64,000 nucleotides of DNA from positions 1,248,001 through 1,312,000 of the forward strand of contig CAWCKH010000004.1 in the NCBI GenBank assembly GCA_963796055.1, written 5' to 3'. This DNA is from an uncultured delta proteobacterium (GTDB lineage: Bacteria > Myxococcota > Myxococcia > Myxococcales > Myxococcaceae). Below are positions 18,763-30,932 of the stretch, piece by piece. The position numbers and the translations under genes were made by a program. Numbering within the stretch: position 1 is the stretch's first letter; each line of letters begins with the position of its first letter. The notes beneath the pieces were generated by a model that saw only the letters and a program-made list of their open reading frames with translations, made no database searches and was not told the DNA's origin.

Positions 18763-20049
18763 GTGCAGCAGTCGGGAAAGTCGTCGGGGCCAGAGAGCTG
18801 GGGGCGGTTCCCACCCGTGGCGCAGGAGGCGCTGCCGCTGGCGTGGGCGGATGACCCGCTTCCGGCCGGGGTGTCGGTTCTCGCCTACGGGATGGGGCGC
18901 AGCTACGGCGACAGCTGCTTGAACGCAGAAGGGCCGGTGCTCCTCACCCGGGGACTGCGACGGTTCATCGCCTTCGACGCCGAGACCGGGGTGCTCCGGG
19001 CGGAGGCGGGCACCTCCCTGGGGGAGGTGACGGAGCTGGTGCTGCGCCGGGGGTGGCTGCCGCCCGTGCTGCCGGGCACCCAGTTCGTCACCCTGGGCGG
19101 GGCGGTGGCCAACGACATCCACGGGAAGAACCACCACCGCGCAGGCTGCTTCGGCCGGCACGTGCGCGCGCTGGGGCTGCGGCGGAGCGACGGAAGCCTC
19201 GGCACGCTGTATCCGGGCGACCCGCTGTTCGAGGCCACCGTCGCGGGCTTGGGGCTGACCGGGCTCATCACCTGGGTGGAGATCCAGCTGGAGCGCGCCC
19301 CGAGCGGGTGGGTCGAGACGGAGGGCATCCGCTTCCGCTCGCTCGAGGAGGTGGAGGCGCTGGACGACGCGTCGAGGGACACCCATTGCCACACCGTGGC
19401 GTGGATCGACGGCCTGGCCCGCGGGAAGGCGCTGGGCCGCGGCGTCTACTTCCGGGGCAATCCGGCCGAGGGGCCCGCGAGGCTGCCGAGGCGGCCCACC
19501 CCGAGGAACGTCAGCGTCGATGCGCCGGAGTTCCTGCTCTCGCCGTTCCTCTTGCGGACCTTCAACGCGCTCTACGACCACCTGCCCCGCTGGCGCTCGC
19601 GCACCTCGGTGTGGAAGTTCTTCCATCCGCTCGACGCGCTGGGAGCCTGGAACCGGCTGTACGGCCACCGTGGCTTCTTCCAGCACCAGTCGGTGGTGCC
19701 GGACCTCGAGGGCGTCCGGGCGCTGCTGGCCCTCACCTCCACGCGGGGGCAGGGAGCGTTCCTCTCGGTGCTGAAGCGCTTCGGGTCGCTGAGCTCACCG
19801 GGGATGCTCTCCTTCCCGCGACCGGGCTGGACGCTGGCGGTCGACGTGCCGAACCGCGGGGAGGAGACGCTGGCGTATCTCGAGGAGATGGACGCCGTCG
19901 TCCGGACGTACGGCGGGGCGATGTACCCGGCGAAGGACGCCCGGATGTCGGGCGAGACGTTCCGGCTCGGCTACCCGCGGCTGGACGCCTTCGCGACGTT
20001 CATCGACCCGGGGTTCCGGTCGCGCTTCTGGTCTCGGGTGATGGGATGA
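18763..20049 (+). CDS. FAD-linked oxidoreductase, DprE1-like
   Basis: GMGRSYGD, PGTQFVTLGGAVANDIHGKNHH, FFHPLD, LKRFG, YPAKD; start estimated. Confidence 0.85.
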   Translation: MQQSGKSSGPESWGRFPPVAQEALPLAWADDPLPAGVSVLAYGMGRSYGDSCLNAEGPVLLTRGLRRFIAFDAETGVLRAEAGTSLGEVTELVLRRGWLPPVLPGTQFVTLGGAVANDIHGKNHHRAGCFGRHVRALGLRRSDGSLGTLYPGDPLFEATVAGLGLTGLITWVEIQLERAPSGWVETEGIRFRSLEEVEALDDASRDTHCHTVAWIDGLARGKALGRGVYFRGNPAEGPARLPRRPTPRNVSVDAPEFLLSPFLLRTFNALYDHLPRWRSRTSVWKFFHPLDALGAWNRLYGHRGFFQHQSVVPDLEGVRALLALTSTRGQGAFLSVLKRFGSLSSPGMLSFPRPGWTLAVDVPNRGEETLAYLEEMDAVVRTYGGAMYPAKDARMSGETFRLGYPRLDAFATFIDPGFRSRFWSRVMG

Positions 20050-20795
20050 GCCCGCCCCGCCGGGTGCTGATCCTCGGCGCGACGAGCGGCATCGCCCAGG
20101 CAGTCGCCCGGGTGTACGCCGCGGCCGGGGCCCGGCTGGCGCTGGTGGCGCGCTCGCGGGAGCACCTGGCGACGGTGGCCGGCGACCTGGTGGTGCGCGG
20201 GGCGGAGGTGGTGCTGCAGCGGTCCGCGGACCTGTGCGACCTCGAGCGGCACCGGACCTTGGTCGCCGAGGCCGAGCAGGCGCTGGACGGTCTCGATGTG
20301 GTGCTGGTGGCCCACGGAGTGCTTCCGGACCAGCAGGTCTGCCAGGAGGACCCGCGGCGTGCGGTGGCGTCGTGGGACGTGAACTTCGGCAGCGCGGCCA
20401 CGCTGATGGAGGCCGCCGCCGAGCGCATGGTGGCCGCCGGCCACGGGACCATCGGGGTGCTCTCCAGCGTCGCGGGAGACCGGGGGCGGGCGGACAATTA
20501 CGTGTATGGCGCGGCGAAGGCGGCACTGACCGCGTACGCCAGCGGTCTCGGGCACCGACTGCGCGGCACCGGGGTGACCGTGGTCACCCTCAAGCCCGGA
20601 CCGGTGGACACGCCGATGCTCGCCGGCCGGACGCTCTCGCCCCGCCTGGTCGCGGACGTCGACGTGGCTGGTCGGCGCATCCACCGCGCGCTCGAGCGGG
20701 GGGAGCGGGTGGTCTACGTGCCGGGGAAGTGGCGGTGGATCATGGCCGTCATCCGCGCTCTGCCAATCCGGGTCTTCGAGCGCCTGAAGTTCTGA
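20046..20795 (+). CDS. Short-chain dehydrogenase, DprE2-like
   Basis: GATSGIA, SSVAGDRGRADNYVYGAAK; ATGA coupling to the upstream gene. Confidence 0.85.
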   Translation: MSPPRRVLILGATSGIAQAVARVYAAAGARLALVARSREHLATVAGDLVVRGAEVVLQRSADLCDLERHRTLVAEAEQALDGLDVVLVAHGVLPDQQVCQEDPRRAVASWDVNFGSAATLMEAAAERMVAAGHGTIGVLSSVAGDRGRADNYVYGAAKAALTAYASGLGHRLRGTGVTVVTLKPGPVDTPMLAGRTLSPRLVADVDVAGRRIHRALERGERVVYVPGKWRWIMAVIRALPIRVFERLKF

Positions 20796-20869
20796 CGGCA
20801 GAGGTGTCTGACACCTCGTTTGATCTCTCAACACCATAGATTTCCTACATCTCTTGACTCAAGGCAAGC

Positions 20870-20898
20870 TTGACAGGAATGACTGTCTTGACGATGAT
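20870..20898 (+). promoter_or_regulatory. Sigma70-type promoter with operator palindrome GACAG-N6-CTGTC
   Basis: TTGACA 20870-20875, 17-nt spacer, GATGAT 20893-20898; inverted repeat 20872-20887. Confidence 0.55.
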
Positions 20899-20905
20899 GC
20901 TCGTC

Positions 20906-21550
20906 GTGCAAGGTGCGAGACAGGCTTCGGTCCAGGTGCTCGAGGCCGCCGGGACGGCCGCCGCCCTGCTGGACCCGGCCCGGCTGCGCATCCTGACCGC
21001 CCTCCGGGACCCGGACTCGAGCGCCGGCGTGGCACGGACGCTGGGCCTGCCGCGGCAGCGGGTCGGCCACCACGTCCGGGCGCTCGAGGCGGCGGGCCTG
21101 CTCACCTGTGTGGGCGAACGGAAGAAGCGGAACTGCGTCGAGCGTCTGCTGCAGGCCACCGCGCGTTCGTATGTCCTGGCCCCCCAGCTGCTGGGCCGCC
21201 TCGGCGTCACCGCGGACCAGGTCCAGGACCGCTTCTCCAGCACCTACCTTCTCGCGGCGGCGAATCGGGTCGTGCAGGAGGTGAGCGCGCTCCACCCCCG
21301 CGCGGAGGCCGCGGGCAAGAAGCTGCCCACGCTCACGCTCCAGACCGAGGTCCGGTTCGCCTCCGCCCGCTCCCAGAACGAGTTTCTGGAGGAGCTGCTC
21401 GCCGCCTTCTCTGCTCTGGTGGGCAAGCACCACCGGCCGGACGCCGAGGCGGGCCGGACCTTCCGGATCTCCCTCCTCGGGCATCCGGCGCTGGCTCCCG
21501 AGTCGTCTGCAGCAGCCTCCCAATCCCAGGAGGGTCCGAATGAGCAGTGA
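20906..21550 (+). CDS. ArsR-like winged-helix transcriptional regulator
   Basis: AALLDPARLRIL..PDSSAGVAR..PRQRVGHHVRALE; GTG start estimated. Confidence 0.8.
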   Translation: MQGARQASVQVLEAAGTAAALLDPARLRILTALRDPDSSAGVARTLGLPRQRVGHHVRALEAAGLLTCVGERKKRNCVERLLQATARSYVLAPQLLGRLGVTADQVQDRFSSTYLLAAANRVVQEVSALHPRAEAAGKKLPTLTLQTEVRFASARSQNEFLEELLAAFSALVGKHHRPDAEAGRTFRISLLGHPALAPESSAAASQSQEGPNEQ

Positions 21551-22370
21551 AGACACCCCCAAGGGTCCACGGGTCCTCGAGTTCACCGTCGACCTTCCCA
21601 CCGACCCCGACACCGTCTGGCGACTCCTGACCGACCCGGTGGCCCTCGCCAGCTGGTTCGCGCCGCAGGTCGAGGGCTCCAGCCAGCCCGGGACGGCGCT
21701 CACCCTCGGCTGGGGCCCGGACATTCGCTGGCGAACCGTGGTCGCCTCCGCCGAGCCAGGGCGTCTCGCGAGGTGGAAGGACGAGCTCGATGCCTACGGC
21801 GAGCTTCCGGCGACCTCGACCCCGGCGATCGTCGAGTGGCAACTCTCCCCAGGGCCCCATGGCACGCGCCTGCGGCTGGTCCATTCCGGCTTCGGCGATG
21901 GGGCCGACTGGGACGACATGTTCGACGCGACCCGTGCCGGCTGGACCTTCTACTTGTGGCACCTGTCGGAGACGATCCGCCATCACCTCGGCCAGCCGCG
22001 GACGGTGGTGTACGAGCGCAGGTCGAGCACCCTGACCCGCGACGCGCTCGGCGCCCGGCTCTTCGGGCCAGGTGGCCTGGCCATCGCTCCCGACGAGCCC
22101 CGTCCTGGGGTCACTGCCGAGCTGACCCTCGCCGGGGCCCGGCGACGGTTGGAGGTCCAGCACCACGCCCGTCTGCCCACGCACCTCTTCGGAAAGCTTC
22201 CCGACCTCGCCGGTGCTCTGCTTCTGGTGGAGATGGAGCCCGGCCGCTCCGGACCGGTGCAGACGGGCCTGTGGCTCAGCACCTGGGGACTCGGCCCCGA
22301 CGCGCTCGAATCACTCCGCAGCGGGTTCCGCGCGATGGCGGACGCGGTGGTCGGTCCCCGAGCCGGCTGA
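21540..22370 (+). CDS. SRPBCC (START-like/AHSA1) domain protein
   Basis: VWRLLTDP..LASWF, GTRLRLVHSGF, GW..YL; overlaps the regulator gene. Confidence 0.8.
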   Translation: MSSEDTPKGPRVLEFTVDLPTDPDTVWRLLTDPVALASWFAPQVEGSSQPGTALTLGWGPDIRWRTVVASAEPGRLARWKDELDAYGELPATSTPAIVEWQLSPGPHGTRLRLVHSGFGDGADWDDMFDATRAGWTFYLWHLSETIRHHLGQPRTVVYERRSSTLTRDALGARLFGPGGLAIAPDEPRPGVTAELTLAGARRRLEVQHHARLPTHLFGKLPDLAGALLLVEMEPGRSGPVQTGLWLSTWGLGPDALESLRSGFRAMADAVVGPRAG

Positions 22371-22673
22371 ATCGACGGGCCCTGCGACGCCGGCAGGCGC
22401 TGCCCAGCTCGAGGCCCTCCCGGAGCGACGGCCCATGGCCCGGGCCGCCTTGGGGCGCTAGAGCCTGCAGGGCCGCTCACCGGGCCGAGCAGTCGCACCA
22501 TCGACCTTTCGGGGGGGCCGCCACCCGACCCTTCAAGTCCGGCCCCGGTGTGTGCTATGCGCCCGCCGGCCACGGGAGGGGCTCCCCGCATTCCCGTGGA
22601 ACGAGGCTGCGCTGAAGCGTCCGCGCGATGCGGGCGGCCAACCCCTCGATCGTCCTCTCGAGGAGATGTGCAC

Positions 22674-25148
<2,475 letters not shown>

Positions 25149-25180
25149 GGTCGCTCGCGCGGGGTGGTAAGCCCGGAGGC

Positions 25181-26125
25181 ATGGAGAGTCACCCTCGGGG
25201 CCTGCGCCCCGGAATCCTCGTGCTGCTGCTCGCCGCGGTCGCCGGGTGCGCCCACGCGCCAGGTTCCCCGGCCGGGGCCACCATCACCCAGGTGAACGTC
25301 GTTCCGGAGTTCCTCGCCGCCTGGGACGCGGTCCGGGTCGCGACCCGACCCGAGCAGGTGGCGCGCACCCGACAGGCGCTCCTGACCGCCCATCCCGAGC
25401 TCTTCGGTCCCGAGGTCTTCGGCGCCACGCCCGCCCTCGACCGCGACCTCGAGCGGCTTCTGGTCGAGATGCCGCGGCTGGAGCCGAAGCTCCGGGCGCT
25501 CGCCGAGCGGATGCCGGGCGAGGTCGAGCGCAGCGCGCGCCGCTTCCTGGATCAGTTCCCCGAGCTGGACTGGTCCGGTCCCGTCGCCTCGAGCCTCTCG
25601 TTCGGCCAGTTCGAGGCGGTGTGGCGGACGGTCTCCGGGCGGCGCACGCTCGTCCTCGGCCTCGACGCCATCGCCTACTACCGCGGCCCGTACGCACCGG
25701 TGGAACCGGTGATCCACCACGCGCTGGCGTCGGCGCTGCTGGCGCCCTGGAAGGGACCTGGACCCGCCCCCGTCTGGTGGGCGCTCTGGGAGGAGGGGTT
25801 CCCGCTGGCCGTCGTTCGCACCATCGACCCGGGCGCCACCGACGCCGATCTGCGGCTGCCCGACGAGGGCCGCGACCCGGCCTACCTCGCGGCGCTGGCC
25901 CGACGCGTCCGGGCAGCGCTGGACTCCACCCGGGAATCGGACCGCCGGGCGGTGACCAGCGTCGCGGGAGGGGGCCCGGCCGGAGCTGGCCGCTGGCTCG
26001 CGCTGCGGGTCGGGCAGCACGTCCTGGCCGGGCGGACACTCCACGACGTCGCCCGGCTCGGAGGCCCACCGCTGCGCACGGCCATCGACGCCGCCCTGGG
26101 TGCCCTGGAGCGCCCTGGGGGCTGA
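25181..26125 (+). CDS. Hypothetical lipoprotein, possibly a degenerate zincin (DUF2268-like)
   Basis: Lipobox VAGC, GGAGG RBS; VIHHALA and LWEEGF where HExxH/EGLA would be expected. Confidence 0.55.
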   Translation: MESHPRGLRPGILVLLLAAVAGCAHAPGSPAGATITQVNVVPEFLAAWDAVRVATRPEQVARTRQALLTAHPELFGPEVFGATPALDRDLERLLVEMPRLEPKLRALAERMPGEVERSARRFLDQFPELDWSGPVASSLSFGQFEAVWRTVSGRRTLVLGLDAIAYYRGPYAPVEPVIHHALASALLAPWKGPGPAPVWWALWEEGFPLAVVRTIDPGATDADLRLPDEGRDPAYLAALARRVRAALDSTRESDRRAVTSVAGGGPAGAGRWLALRVGQHVLAGRTLHDVARLGGPPLRTAIDAALGALERPGG

Positions 26126-26238
26126 CACGAGGGAGGACGCGCCGGGCTCCTCACGGCTTGGCGCACCGCGGATCGGCGTGTTAACGCCCCTGCCCCGCCT
26201 TCGAGGAGAGCTCGAGAAACGCTGTGGGCAACGCCGGG

Positions 26239-27162
26239 ATGTCACTCTTGCGCTTCACCTTCCTCGGCACGTCGGCTGCCCAGCCGACGATCCACCGGAA
26301 CCTCTCCGGCCTGGCGGTGAAGGCCGACTCGGACCTCTTGCTCATCGACTGTGGCGAGGGGAGCCAGCGGCAGATGATCCGCTACGGCACCGGCTTCTCG
26401 GTGGACGCGGTCTTCTTCACCCACTTCCACGCCGACCACTACCTGGGAATCATCGGCTTCCTGCGAACGCTGGGGATGATGGGGCGGGAGGAGAAGCTGG
26501 TGCTCCATGGCCCGGCGCCGGCGAAGCGGCTGCTGAACCAGGCGGTGCACCTCGGGGTGGACCAGCTGGGGTTCCCGCTGGAGATCACCGAGCTGAAGGA
26601 CGGAGACAGGATCCAGCGGCACGGCTACGCGGTGCGGGCGGTGGGGGTACAGCACCGCATCAACGCGCTCGGCTACGTGCTGGAGGAGGACGTCCGGGCG
26701 GGCCGCTTCAACCTGGAGCGCGCCCGGGCGCTCGGCGTTCGCGAGGGGCCCGACTTCGGGCGGCTGCAGCGGGGCGAATCGGTGGTGGCGCTCGACGGCA
26801 AGACGGTGAAGCCGTCGGACGTGATGGGAGCCGCCCGGCCCGGCCGAAAGCTGGTGGTCTCCGGCGACACGCGGCCGTGCGAGGCGATGGTGGAGGCGGC
26901 GCGCGAGGCAGACGTCCTCATTCACGAGTCGACCTTCTCGGACGACGACCAGGCCCGGGCGCTGGAGACGCGCCACTCGACCGCGCGCGAGGCGGGCCGC
27001 GTCGCGCAGCAGGCCGGGGCACACCGGCTGATCCTCACCCACCTCAGCTCCCGGTACGACACCGACTTCGGGCGACTGCTCGCCCAGGCCCGCGAGGAGT
27101 ACCAGGGCCCGGTGGAGGTCGCGCACGACGGGTTGACCGTCGACATACCCGTCCGGGAGTGA
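26239..27162 (+). CDS. rnz: Ribonuclease Z
   Basis: FLGTSAAQPT, DCGEG, THFHADH, GP exosite, SGDTRPC, HESTF, HST, LTHLSSRY. Confidence 0.92.
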   Translation: MSLLRFTFLGTSAAQPTIHRNLSGLAVKADSDLLLIDCGEGSQRQMIRYGTGFSVDAVFFTHFHADHYLGIIGFLRTLGMMGREEKLVLHGPAPAKRLLNQAVHLGVDQLGFPLEITELKDGDRIQRHGYAVRAVGVQHRINALGYVLEEDVRAGRFNLERARALGVREGPDFGRLQRGESVVALDGKTVKPSDVMGAARPGRKLVVSGDTRPCEAMVEAAREADVLIHESTFSDDDQARALETRHSTAREAGRVAQQAGAHRLILTHLSSRYDTDFGRLLAQAREEYQGPVEVAHDGLTVDIPVRE

Positions 27163-27547
27163 GCCAGTCTGGGGAGACCCGGGCGCAGGTGCCCGTCATC
27201 GTCTTCGGAGTCTGGTCGCTCCGGTGCGTGGCGAGCGGCGGCACGCTGCTCGCTGCGGCGCGGCGCGGTCTCCCGGCGCGAACCCCGTTTCTCTAGCTGG
27301 AGGCGACGCCTGAGCGGACGGCGCCACTGGGGTTCGCTGCGCTGGCACCCGACACCCGGGTCGCGATCCGTTGCGGGCGGCTCGGCACGACACCGAGACG
27401 GACGGGCGACCTCCATTTCATGTTTTTGCCCTTCCGGCCGTCGCCGGGCGCGATCCGTCGCGCCGGACGCAACACCGATCCGCCCCCCGGGGGCGTGCCA
27501 GGCAACTGCGGGGCACGCAAGTCCGCGGCCTCCCTCGAATCGCCGCT

Positions 27548-27563
27548 TGGCAGGACGGATGCA
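27548..27563 (+). promoter_or_regulatory. Putative sigma54 (-24/-12) promoter
   Basis: TGGCAGG-ACGG-ATGCA versus consensus TGGCACG-N4-TTGCW; correct GG-N10-GC spacing, 57 nt upstream of the lipoprotein ATG. Confidence 0.6.
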
Positions 27564-27620
27564 ATGCCCGAGGTCGGTCCGCCCCGAACTCCTCGCGGCG
27601 GGTAACTGGGGAGTCCTGTC

Positions 27621-28040
27621 ATGCGCCGCTCGATCCTGTTTGCATTCTTCCTTCTCGCCGCCTGTGGCGGCGGGGTCCGCAGCAGCAGCAAGTCTACCGA
27701 TGCCGCGAACCGGTCCACCGACGTGGGGGATCGCCAGGCGTTCCTGCTCACGGGACCGGCTGGGGAGGTGATCTCCGAATTCGCCCGGGTGTCCAGCCGG
27801 GACGCGCTGGACAGCTGCTTGAACGCCTGGGTCCTGGAGGCCCTCGATGAGCGGGGCCGCGAGAACGAGCCGGTCGCCAAGCCGAGTGCCGCCGGGCTCC
27901 GCAGCTTCCTCTCCGAGTGCCTGGCGAGCGCCGAGCCGGGGAACGTCAAGAGCGCGCTCACCGGGGACGCCCGTTTCGCGCCGGCCAGCGCCCGCGGGAC
28001 CGGCGTGACCGCGGGCATGATGGCCCTGCCGAACCGGTAA
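27621..28040 (+). CDS. Small hypothetical lipoprotein
   Basis: Lipobox LAAC, GGGAG RBS, two further Cys. Confidence 0.65.
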   Translation: MRRSILFAFFLLAACGGGVRSSSKSTDAANRSTDVGDRQAFLLTGPAGEVISEFARVSSRDALDSCLNAWVLEALDERGRENEPVAKPSAAGLRSFLSECLASAEPGNVKSALTGDARFAPASARGTGVTAGMMALPNR

Positions 28041-28085
28041 TTCCCTGCTCGCCTCCACCACCCGGTAGCATCGAGGGCCGCTTCC

Positions 28086-30380
28086 ATGGCGGCCCTTCGC
28101 GTTTCATGGCCCTGGGCCCTGGCCCTGGCGACGGCGGCGACGGCGGTGGCGCTGCTCGCCGCCCGGTTTCCAGGAATTCGCAACGCCGAGGACGCCGCCT
28201 ACGACCTCCGCCTGACCAGCTTCTCCCCGCCGCCCGTCCGCCAGAAGGACGTGGTCATCCTCGGCGTCGACGACGCCACCGTGCAGGGCCTCCGGGCCAA
28301 CGAGAGCTACGCCCGCGCCTGGGGGAACTGGCCCTACGCCCGTTCGCTCTGGGCGCGGGTGTTGACCTACCTCGACGCCATGGGCGCACGCGCGGTGGTG
28401 CTCGACTTCACGATGGACGAGCGGAGCACCGACCGCGGCCAGGACGCGCTGCTCCGGGAAGCCATCGCCCAGCTGCACATCCCGGTCGCGCTCGGCTACG
28501 CCGTCAACGTCCCTTCGCAGAACGGAGAGCCGCTGCCTGCTGTGAAGGCCCCGAACTGGACCGTGCAATCCCGTGCACCGCGCGCCCGGGTGAAGTCCGA
28601 CGACCCGTTCGCCCCACCCGAGGGCACCGAGGCCTCCCCGACCCCCGAGCTGGTGGCGACGGTGCTGGCCTTTCCGGTGCGCTCCGAGCGTCCCTTGTCG
28701 GACCTCTCGGTGGACCTGCCCGGCGCTCCCCGGACGATGCGCCACCCGGTGCCGCCGGTGGGCCCGCTGCTCGACGTGGTGCCCGCCCTCGGGCTGGTCT
28801 ACCCGGAGCCCGACCCGGACGGGAAGCTGCGCCGCACCCGCTTCGCCTACACCGACGGGACCAACGACTACGTCACCATCGCGGTGGCGCTGGCCGCGGA
28901 CCTGCTCGGGGCAGATGCCCTGGTGCTCTCACCGGGGAAGCTGACGCTCGGGCGGCGCACCCTGGCCATCGACGACGACGGGAGCGCCGCGCTCGACTAC
29001 GGCGGGACCCTCGGAGAGCGCTTCGACGCCCGCAGCCTCCTGGCGGTGGTGGACGACTCGGTCCGCCGCGAGCACGGCGAGACGCCTCACCTCGGGCCTG
29101 ACTTCTTCCAGGGCAAGGTGGTGCTCATCGCCGGCTTTGCCGTGGGCACCTTCGACATGAAGGCCACGCCGTTCGACAGCGCGACGGTGGGAGTGGCGAA
29201 GCCCGCCACCGAGCTGGCCGCACTGCTCGGCGGCCGGTTCATCACCCGGGCGCCCTCCGCGCTCACCGCCGTGCTCGCCTTCCTGGTCGCGCTCGGCTCG
29301 GCGCTGCTCCTCCTCGGCACCCGCAACGTCTGGGTCGAGGGCCTCTGGCCGCTCGCCGCGCCGGTGCTGCTGTTCCTCGCCACCGGCTGGCTCCTGGTCT
29401 GGTCCAAGGTGCACGTGGCGCTGGTGATCCCGGTGCTGGCGGTCTCCATCGCCAACCTCGCCGCGGTGGCGATGAACCACCTCTACGCCGACCGCGAGCG
29501 CGCGCGGGTGAAGGCGATGTTCGGCCGCTACCTGTCGCCTCAGGTCGTCGAGCAGCTGGTCGCCCAGCCCGAGCTGCCGCGGCTGGCCGGCGAGCAGCTC
29601 GAGGTGACCGCCTTCTTCTCCGACATCAAGGGGTTCAGCACCTTCAGCGAGCGCTTCGCCCAGGACCCGCGGGGGCTGGTCCGGGTGCTGAACACCTACC
29701 TCACCCGGGTGAGCGGAGTGCTGCTGCAGCACGGGGCCTGTCTGGACAAGTACATCGGCGACGCGGTGGTGTGCATCTTCGGGGCGCCGCTCCGCATGGA
29801 GGACCATGCGCTCCGGGCCTGCGCCGCGGCGCTCGACGTCCAGGCAGAGGTGGAGCGCATCCGCACCGAGTTCGTCGCCCAGGGCCTCCCGGACGTCTAC
29901 ACCCGCGTCGGCCTCAACACCGCGGTGATGTTCGTCGGCAACTTCGGCAGCGAGCAGCTCTTCAACTACACCGCGATGGGCGACGGGATGAACCTCGCCT
30001 CCCGGCTCGAGGGAGCCAACAAGCCGTACGGCTCGCGCATCCTCATTGGCCCGCGGACTCAGGCGCTGGTGTCGCATGCCTTCGAGACCCGCGAGCTGGA
30101 CCGGGTCCGCGTGGCCGGCAAGCACGAGGCGGTCGCCATCCACGAGCTGCTCTCCCGGAAGGGCGCGCTCTCGCCACGGAAGCAGGAGGTCTGCGCCCTG
30201 TATGCCGAGGGGCTCGCGCTCTGGCGCGGCGCCCGCTTCGCCGAGGCGCGTGCCGTCTTCGCCCGCGCAGTCGCCGCGGACCCGGAAGACGCGCCTTCCC
30301 GGGCGCTGCTGGCGCGGTGCGACAGGCATGTGACGGCGCCCCCTCCGGCCTTCGATGGAGTCGTCGACCTGGACAAGTAG
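28086..30380 (+). CDS. CHASE2-domain class III adenylate cyclase
   Basis: CHASE2 motifs (VVILGVDD, WPYARS, DPDGKLRR, GKVVLIAG), 3 TMs, FGRYLSP, FSDIKGFS, DKYIGDA, YTAMGDGMNLASRLEG. Confidence 0.92.
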   Translation: MAALRVSWPWALALATAATAVALLAARFPGIRNAEDAAYDLRLTSFSPPPVRQKDVVILGVDDATVQGLRANESYARAWGNWPYARSLWARVLTYLDAMGARAVVLDFTMDERSTDRGQDALLREAIAQLHIPVALGYAVNVPSQNGEPLPAVKAPNWTVQSRAPRARVKSDDPFAPPEGTEASPTPELVATVLAFPVRSERPLSDLSVDLPGAPRTMRHPVPPVGPLLDVVPALGLVYPEPDPDGKLRRTRFAYTDGTNDYVTIAVALAADLLGADALVLSPGKLTLGRRTLAIDDDGSAALDYGGTLGERFDARSLLAVVDDSVRREHGETPHLGPDFFQGKVVLIAGFAVGTFDMKATPFDSATVGVAKPATELAALLGGRFITRAPSALTAVLAFLVALGSALLLLGTRNVWVEGLWPLAAPVLLFLATGWLLVWSKVHVALVIPVLAVSIANLAAVAMNHLYADRERARVKAMFGRYLSPQVVEQLVAQPELPRLAGEQLEVTAFFSDIKGFSTFSERFAQDPRGLVRVLNTYLTRVSGVLLQHGACLDKYIGDAVVCIFGAPLRMEDHALRACAAALDVQAEVERIRTEFVAQGLPDVYTRVGLNTAVMFVGNFGSEQLFNYTAMGDGMNLASRLEGANKPYGSRILIGPRTQALVSHAFETRELDRVRVAGKHEAVAIHELLSRKGALSPRKQEVCALYAEGLALWRGARFAEARAVFARAVAADPEDAPSRALLARCDRHVTAPPPAFDGVVDLDK

Positions 30381-30407
30381 ACTGACCCGACGCCGGAGGG
30401 TGTTCCG

Positions 30408-30932
30408 ATGCGACAGTCAGCACTGGTGCTCGCGCTCGTCCTGGGGGCCGGCGCGGCGTGGGCGCTCGTCCCGGGAGACCGGGTCTTCGTTCGCGGCCGT
30501 GACGTGGCCGTGCTCCAGAGCACCGCTGCCAGCGCGGTGACCCTGGCCAAGCTCCAGCCGGGCGACGCGGTGGTCTGGCGCGGCGCGGACAGGAAGAAGC
30601 CCACCTGGCACAAGGTGGAGGCGAACGGGAAGAGCGGTTTCGTTTACTTCGCGAACCTCTCCACCACTCCGCCCGCCTCCGAGCTGCTCACCTCACCCCA
30701 GGGCGCGAAGAAGGTCGACGCCCAGGCCTTCGCCAGCTCGGGCGCGGCCGGCAAGGCGCTCACCGAGGGCGCCATCCGCTACGGCAACCAGGAGGAGAAG
30801 AACAAGGGTGAGCTGCGGCCGACGATGAAGGAGGCCGTGCGACAGACCCAGACCCTGGAGGCCATCGCCGCGCAGCGCACCGACCAGGAGATCGCCGCGC
30901 AGGCGGACCGGGTCACGGGAGGGCAGCAGTGA
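30408..30932 (+). CDS. Secreted SH3-like domain protein
   Basis: Signal peptide AWA; KLQPGDAV..WHKVEANGKSGFV pattern of bacterial SH3b. Confidence 0.7.
   Translation: MRQSALVLALVLGAGAAWALVPGDRVFVRGRDVAVLQSTAASAVTLAKLQPGDAVVWRGADRKKPTWHKVEANGKSGFVYFANLSTTPPASELLTSPQGAKKVDAQAFASSGAAGKALTEGAIRYGNQEEKNKGELRPTMKEAVRQTQTLEAIAAQRTDQEIAAQADRVTGGQQ

Noticed and set aside
27163..27540. Small ORFs or an ncRNA in the rnz-lipoprotein gap
   Set aside because: ORFs lack coding-like composition and no RNA family is recognisable; more likely upstream activator space for the sigma54 promoter
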